Assembly: GCA_023245355.1 (NCBI GenBank) | Contig: JAHFKN010000003.1 | Location: 121,368-185,367 of the forward strand | Source: Candidatus Gottesmanbacteria bacterium | GTDB taxonomy: Bacteria > Patescibacteriota > Microgenomatia > UBA10105 > UBA927 | Direction: 5' to 3' | Length of the DNA: 64,000 nucleotides | Part shown: piece by piece, positions 58,959 to 64,000 of the stretch | How the letters are laid out: every line of letters starts with the position of its first letter | How positions within the stretch are numbered: position 1 is the first letter of the stretch | The notes under the pieces: generated by a model | What the model was told of the DNA's origin: nothing | The model's input: only the letters and a program-made list of their open reading frames with translations | Databases searched by the model: none | Position numbers and translations under genes: made by a program

Positions 58959-59234
58959 ATGTCACTGGGACATCTTCTAAAGCATCATAAACTGTTTTTC
59001 GTTTACCTCATTCTTTTCTTCGTCGTCGGGGCAGTCGATATGTTTAATCTCGACCGGCTGATTTATAAAGCAGTCTGCGATATGGTAGCCCCCGTTTCCG
59101 GCAGCCCGTGTCCGCCGTACTATGATATTCCGATCTGGAGCGTGTATCTTTCGCTTGCGGTGTTAGCAGGGCTGTATCACGTCCACGACGAGATCAGAAC
59201 GTCTAACAAGCACTTATCCGCCCACAAACACTGA
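58959..59234 (+). CDS. Small two-TM hypothetical protein
   Basis: Two hydrophobic segments around a loop with two Cys; His-rich ends. Confidence 0.6.
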   Translation: MSLGHLLKHHKLFFVYLILFFVVGAVDMFNLDRLIYKAVCDMVAPVSGSPCPPYYDIPIWSVYLSLAVLAGLYHVHDEIRTSNKHLSAHKH

Positions 59235-59242
59235 TTCGAGGT

Positions 59243-59467
59243 TCATTTCCCGGTGATTTCAAACAGTTTTTGCTTGGATTTGTGGCCGGAAAGAAGAATC
59301 ACCGCACTCTTTTTCACCCCGAAATGTTTTGCCAGTGCTTCCATCGCTGCCTGATTGGCTTTGCCCTCCAGCGGGGGAGCGTTTACGTACACGTGCAGCA
59401 TGCCAGTCAGGTCTTCTTCTACCCTTGGCCGCTTCGCGTTGGGGTGGGTGATAACGGATATCCGCAT
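59243..59467 (-). CDS. DUF167 (YggU family) protein
   Basis: PNAK, APPLEGKAN, G.KS..K; start ATG 59467, 6 nt after TATAAT. Confidence 0.93.
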   Translation of the reverse strand: MRISVITHPNAKRPRVEEDLTGMLHVYVNAPPLEGKANQAAMEALAKHFGVKKSAVILLSGHKSKQKLFEITGK

Positions 59468-59640
59468 AGAGAGATTATACCGCAACGAGTGCGTCGCTGT
59501 TATCTGGTTTTTCCGAGGAGATTTAGCATGCTCGCGCGAGTGGAGTGGAAGAATGAGAGTGGGTAAATAGGGCGTCAGGTTGAGATAATATGACAATAAT
59601 GTTTTAAATTACTGTTTTAGTGATATAATTTTTATCGCCT

Positions 59641-60789
59641 ATGATAAAAAGCATCACTATCAATAATTTTAAAAGCATAATTAATTCTTCAATAAAATTT
59701 CCAGCTTTCGTAACAATAGCGGGCGAGAATGCTGTGGGCAAAACTAATCTTATTCAGTCTATTAAATTCTTAAAAAGTATTATTTTGGGAGCCTCAACGA
59801 ATGAGGCTCAAAAAAAGATTAGCTTAATTCCAAATGAACTATTTAATTTTACAGATAAGAACACAGAATTTTCTATACAAATTGTTGTAGAAACTAAAGA
59901 AGAGATTGAATATGAGTTTTATATAAAAGTTTCCTTAAAGAATGGATCTCCTGTTCCGCCCTTGCTACTAGTAAAACAAGAAAAGTTAATTCGCTACAGT
60001 AAAGAGCTGGGGAACCAAATTGTATACCTTCGTGAAGGCGGTGACTTTAAAGAAAAAGGAACTACACCATTCCCTTTAGCAGTTGAGCCAAATAAATTAG
60101 CATTATCAATCTATAAGAATCAGGACACAGATAATATTAAATATTTTTTTTCAAATCTAGTAATACCTGATTTTGAGGACATTAATAATCTCAACTCTAT
60201 TGGCATTGGGAAACAGGGCTCAACGAGTAGTGATTTAGCGGATATTCTTATTAACTTAAGTCATGGCAAGCCAGAAGTATATCAAGATTTCTTAAAGATA
60301 ACTAGAAAATTTATGCCCTATTTTTCTTCTTTCAACGAGATTCCGATGTCAAACACGAGTGACGAAAGCACAAAAGGAAATTTTTTGCTGGTTTTAGCTG
60401 AAAATAACCTAAAAGAAAGTCTTTCAATGCAATCCATATCAGCTGGAGACATAAGAACCTTATACTTAATAGCTAGTGCGTTGACGGTCGAAAATAATTC
60501 AAGTTTGATAATTGAGGAAATTGAAAATGGAATTCATCCGAAAAGAATTTTGGACTTGGTTGATCAGTTGGAAACCATAGCTAGGGTTAAAGATTTACAG
60601 ATCATTTTTACCACTCATAGTTCAATGCTAATTAACAAAATGCCAGTCACTAAAATTATTTTTGTACAAAAGAAAACTGATACTGGGACGCAGTTTCATT
60701 TACTAACCGACTCCGATCAAATAACTAAGATTCGAGATTATTTAGAGAATGGCGGAGACATAACGGATTATTTAAATAATCTTCGATAG
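59641..60789 (+). CDS. ABC-type (AAA_15/AAA_21-like) ATPase
   Basis: INNFKS, GENAVGKTN, ISAGD, IIEEIENGIHP, TTHS. Confidence 0.92.
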   Translation: MIKSITINNFKSIINSSIKFPAFVTIAGENAVGKTNLIQSIKFLKSIILGASTNEAQKKISLIPNELFNFTDKNTEFSIQIVVETKEEIEYEFYIKVSLKNGSPVPPLLLVKQEKLIRYSKELGNQIVYLREGGDFKEKGTTPFPLAVEPNKLALSIYKNQDTDNIKYFFSNLVIPDFEDINNLNSIGIGKQGSTSSDLADILINLSHGKPEVYQDFLKITRKFMPYFSSFNEIPMSNTSDESTKGNFLLVLAENNLKESLSMQSISAGDIRTLYLIASALTVENNSSLIIEEIENGIHPKRILDLVDQLETIARVKDLQIIFTTHSSMLINKMPVTKIIFVQKKTDTGTQFHLLTDSDQITKIRDYLENGGDITDYLNNLR

Positions 60790-60792
60790 CCT

Positions 60793-61377
60793 ATGAAAAT
60801 TGGCGTCCTTTATGAGGGAAAATTTGATGATAGAGCTATCAAAAGGATAATTATTAAGATTATTTTACAGAAGTATCCTCGTGTAGACCCTGCAGATATA
60901 GTATTTGTTACCAAATCGGGTGGAGGTAATATAGAAGGGCATATATATCCAGCAACGTCATTATTTTTTGTAGCGAATAATTGTGATTGTGCTATATACA
61001 TTTCTGATACTGATAATGGAGCAACGTCGGTGAGGAAAAAAATGCAAAGAGTCGCCGCAAAAGTAAAAAAAGCTGTGGAGGACTTAGCAAGAGGAGCACG
61101 AGTGGTAGTAGCTTGTCCAAAACCAGAACTGGAGCAGTGGTTTTTTGGAGATGAATTGACAATTAAGAGAGTATTGGAATTGCCAGAAACCGAACCGCTA
61201 AAATATCCTGAGATGGCGCCTAAGGATAGGTTGACTAAATTAATATTTGATTATAATAGTTATTTATTAACGCCAGTAGAGATTTACGAGAAAATAGCTA
61301 GTCATCTGGATTTAGCTAAATTAGATGATCACCGTAGTTTTAGAAAATTTCGCCTTGAGTTGTTGAGTAATATTTAA
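60793..61377 (+). CDS. TOPRIM-like (DUF4276/RloB-like) putative nuclease
   Basis: LYEGKFD, ISDTD, ELEQWF, PK, SFRKF. Confidence 0.72.
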   Translation: MKIGVLYEGKFDDRAIKRIIIKIILQKYPRVDPADIVFVTKSGGGNIEGHIYPATSLFFVANNCDCAIYISDTDNGATSVRKKMQRVAAKVKKAVEDLARGARVVVACPKPELEQWFFGDELTIKRVLELPETEPLKYPEMAPKDRLTKLIFDYNSYLLTPVEIYEKIASHLDLAKLDDHRSFRKFRLELLSNI

Positions 61378-61476
61378 TCCCCTAACTTACCTAATTCCAC
61401 AAGAGGTTATGAATGTGATTGATTACGACTAAACAAGCGATTTTGTTAATACTTGAATTCACTTAGTAGTTTGGGT

Positions 61477-62715
61477 TTATTGCCACTTTTCCAGTGCCCG
61501 CTGAAGTTCAGGACTGTCTTTAGCTTCCGAGAGGGGAATACCGGCAAGAGTAGCTTTGAGCGACTGGACGATGGCGCGTGCTCCCGCGGGTGTACCGTCC
61601 GGGTGCCCGTGAATGCCGCCGCCGAAGTTCATCAGCAAATCCTTGCCGAGGATAGAAACCAGATCAGGAATGTGTCCCGGATGTAGTCCGCCCGATGCGG
61701 TAGGGAGTGTGGTTTTTAAGCCATACCATTCACTGCGCAGGAAATTATTAATCGTCACCACTTCTTCTTTGCCGCCTTCCATTTTCCCGACCACCGTACC
61801 TGTGTGGAATGAGTCGATACCGGCGAGTCTCGCCAGTTTAGCGATAACCAGCATGGAGATGCCATACTGCCGAGAGCGGGTAAATGCCGCGTGCATCGCG
61901 CGGTGCCCGTGGATCATGAGCCCGTAATTCCGGTTCCGTATCCCTTGGGTTGCCGCAAATCCTGCGGTGAGCACGTCAATCATCAGGCAGTTAGCGCCCG
62001 AGTCCCGCACGTAGTTAGCCCGTTTCATCATCTCTTCGTAGCTTGCTGTGATGTTAAACGCGTGGACTTTTGCCTTTCCGATCTCCAGATATCCTTTTTC
62101 TTTCATGCGGCTGGTGACTTCGTCTACCCGGGTGTAGAAACTATCAAACGTCATGTTGGCGAGGTTCTCGTCGTCTTTTACTAAGTTTACGCCGTTGTCC
62201 CATACTTCCATACATGCTTCTGCGTGACGCACGCTCGTAAGTCCCAGTTTGGGTTTGATGATGGAGCCGGTGAGCGGACCGTCTTTGACTCCGGTGAGAT
62301 TACGTATGCCGTCTATGCCGAGAGCCGGTCCCGGAAACGCCTTTACAAATACTTCAGGAAATTCCAAATCTTCGAGCCGGAGCCCCACGATTTCTTTGAG
62401 TCCGAATACGTTTCCCGTGATGGAGGAGAGAAGCTGGGGGACACTTCCTGCCTCAAACAGGTCCAAAGGATATGCGACAGTGATGCGTCCCGAATTTTCG
62501 TCCATGGCAATCACTTTGGCATGGAGTTTGTCCCAGATGTCTTTTTCTTCCAGTCCTGAGTCGGTCCACGTGCCGACGGAGGATTCTGCAGCGACGCCTC
62601 CTGCTGTTTTATCGAACGGTTCTCCCTCTACTTTGAGGGTAAAGGTGGCTACGATGTGTTTGGTTTTATCGACCGTTTCGTTTAATGCCAGATAGTTTTT
62701 ATACTGATTTGCCAT
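61477..62715 (-). CDS. rbcL: RuBisCO large subunit, form III-type
   Basis: AAESSVGTW, GNVFG, KPKLG, KDDE, HRAMH, GKMEG, SGG, GGGIHGHP all intact; start ATG 62715; no small subunit. Confidence 0.93.
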   Translation of the reverse strand: MANQYKNYLALNETVDKTKHIVATFTLKVEGEPFDKTAGGVAAESSVGTWTDSGLEEKDIWDKLHAKVIAMDENSGRITVAYPLDLFEAGSVPQLLSSITGNVFGLKEIVGLRLEDLEFPEVFVKAFPGPALGIDGIRNLTGVKDGPLTGSIIKPKLGLTSVRHAEACMEVWDNGVNLVKDDENLANMTFDSFYTRVDEVTSRMKEKGYLEIGKAKVHAFNITASYEEMMKRANYVRDSGANCLMIDVLTAGFAATQGIRNRNYGLMIHGHRAMHAAFTRSRQYGISMLVIAKLARLAGIDSFHTGTVVGKMEGGKEEVVTINNFLRSEWYGLKTTLPTASGGLHPGHIPDLVSILGKDLLMNFGGGIHGHPDGTPAGARAIVQSLKATLAGIPLSEAKDSPELQRALEKWQ

Positions 62716-63619
62716 AGTAGAGATGTTTGTCGTGTCCTTTGTCAAAAATAAACGGATAGCGCTTTTTGGTAGCCGCCAGCACCTGTTTGCCGGCAATCAC
62801 GCCGTCTTCACAGATTACTTTTATATTACTAAGATACGGCACATAATCAAAGGCCGGCGCGTAGAATTTGAGATTTGTAGGAGCATCGGCCCATATTTCG
62901 TCCGTGCTCCGCATTTCTATCATGGCCGGGGAAAAAGGTTTCGGGTCATACTTGAGAAGTGTTGTGAGCACATAGACGGGAATGTGTTTGCGTTTGGCGG
63001 CGGCAGAAACAGCCAGTGAGCCGATTTTGTTTACGAACCCCTTGTCATTGATAAGATCCGCTCCGATAAACACCGCGTCGATTTTGCCGATACGTCCCTC
63101 GATGAGCGCGACTGCGACATCGTCTACGACCATCGTCACATCGCTAAAACCCGCGGCGAGCAGTTCTTTGGCAGTCGTCCTGCCTTGGAACCGCGGCCGG
63201 GTTTCCGCGACATACACCGAGAAATATGCGCCCTTGCTGCGGGCCTCCGTAAACATGTTCACAGTCGTAGATGAATGACAAAGTGTAAGGTACACGCCGC
63301 CGTCCACAAGGAGCGGGGCCCCCAGAGCAGGAATAGTCTTTTTGCCGGCAGAAACATATTCCCTGTATTCTTCTATCCTATTTAGCGCTTCCGACGTACA
63401 CCCTAAGCTTACGAAGCGCACGGCGTTTTGTGCCAGCGGTTCGGTTGGGCGGGCGTATGCTAACCGCTCGCCTAATTTAGTCAGTTCATAGCAGGAGATG
63501 TCCGGATTGTTGTGCATGACGCCGGAGAGTGTATCGAGCACCTTGAGTGCGACGTTTGTCGCTCCCTGGACTTTGAGGGACTTGATGTCAGATTCTGCCG
63601 TATCTATAAAATCCGTCAC
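62699..63619 (-). CDS. Ribose-1,5-bisphosphate isomerase (eIF2B-like)
   Basis: VQGA, RPTEP, TLCHSST, ETRPRFQG, VVD, GAD, NKIGS, PAFD; overlaps the RuBisCO start; GTG start 63619. Confidence 0.88.
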   Translation of the reverse strand: MTDFIDTAESDIKSLKVQGATNVALKVLDTLSGVMHNNPDISCYELTKLGERLAYARPTEPLAQNAVRFVSLGCTSEALNRIEEYREYVSAGKKTIPALGAPLLVDGGVYLTLCHSSTTVNMFTEARSKGAYFSVYVAETRPRFQGRTTAKELLAAGFSDVTMVVDDVAVALIEGRIGKIDAVFIGADLINDKGFVNKIGSLAVSAAAKRKHIPVYVLTTLLKYDPKPFSPAMIEMRSTDEIWADAPTNLKFYAPAFDYVPYLSNIKVICEDGVIAGKQVLAATKKRYPFIFDKGHDKHLYYGKSV

Positions 63620-63719
63620 TATTTTAGTGTAGGACAAATACGTGCCGGGGGCAATCCGATTCCGTGAGGTTTCTTTTGGGTTTTCCGGAAATGGCCGGAG
63701 CCGTGATACAATTCCAGTC

Positions 63720-64000
63720 ATGAACCTGAAGATCGGTATCGTCGGACTGCCAAATGCAGGCAAAAGCACGCTGTTTAACGCGCTGCTCAAAAAGCAGGTG
63801 GCATTTGCCGCCAACTATCCGTTTGCAACCATAGAGCCCAATATCGGCGTGGTTCCGGTGCCGGACGAACGGCTTGGGAAACTCGCGGAAACGACCAAAG
63901 CAGAAGACCATCTGGAAAAATTGCCGCCGCTTAGGCCCGCTACCGTCGAGTTTGTGGATATCGCGGGCCTCGTAAAGGGAGCAAGCGAGGGAGAGGGATT
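63720..64000 (+). CDS. ychF: Obg-family ATPase YchF, partial
   Basis: Not in ORF track. [48 protein letters not shown]. Confidence 0.97.
   Translation, partial: MNLKIGIVGLPNAGKSTLFNALLKKQVAFAANYPFATIEPNIGVVPVPDERLGKLAETTKAEDHLEKLPPLRPATVEFVDIAGLVKGASEGEG

Larger units (their letters stand above)
59590..61470. other. AT-rich two-gene islet (probable horizontal acquisition)
   Basis: Abrupt composition shift (hand count 10 G+C in 60 nt at 59641-59700); A/T-ending codons unlike the flanks. Confidence 0.8.

Noticed and set aside
59560-61476. IS or prophage boundaries around the AT-rich islet
   Set aside because: No terminal inverted or direct repeats, transposase, integrase or tRNA seen by eye.
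61477-62715. Calvin-cycle autotrophy or a RuBisCO-like protein (form IV)
   Set aside because: No small subunit or PRK here, and the isomerase linkage points to nucleoside salvage; intact catalytic motifs argue against form IV.
62716-63814. Longer track starts for RuBisCO (62796) and the isomerase (63814)
   Set aside because: The extensions overlap the isomerase and ychF respectively and lack family-like sequence.

Overview
Gene-dense bacterial chromosome segment in the standard genetic code (TGA is used as stop). Gene content suggests a Candidate Phyla Radiation/Patescibacteria (Microgenomates-like) genome: short EF-Ts, archaeal/eukaryotic-type ProRS, DUF5667 and EDTW-C-NG-W-HGNP proteins, form III-type RuBisCO with ribose-1,5-bisphosphate isomerase, and few Shine-Dalgarno sites. 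This taxonomy is inference. The window is mostly housekeeping (rpsB-tsf-frr-rseP, proS, rpsU-yqeY-ybeY-dnaX-ybaB, prs, recR, cysS, dus, ychF). Main points of interest: (1) a pyrimidine-deoxynucleotide neighbourhood with dcd, an MtrA-like/thymidylate synthase/DUF4346 fusion, a dN kinase, a DNPH1-like/thymidylate kinase fusion, a Maf-like protein and glyA; (2) cis-regulatory RNAs read directly from the sequence: a variant glmS ribozyme with wobble-compensated core and two insertions, a T-box with ultra-short Stem I and a Pro specifier ahead of csaA-proS, an attenuator-like rpsB leader, and an unassigned structured intergenic RNA; (3) short palindromic repeats embedded in those RNAs; (4) many -10 boxes 6-7 nt before start codons, suggesting leaderless mRNAs; (5) an AT-rich ATPase + TOPRIM-like gene pair next to RuBisCO; (6) two genes missing from the ORF track. 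No rRNA, tRNA, CRISPR array or transposase was seen. All family assignments come from motif recognition by eye, not database searches.
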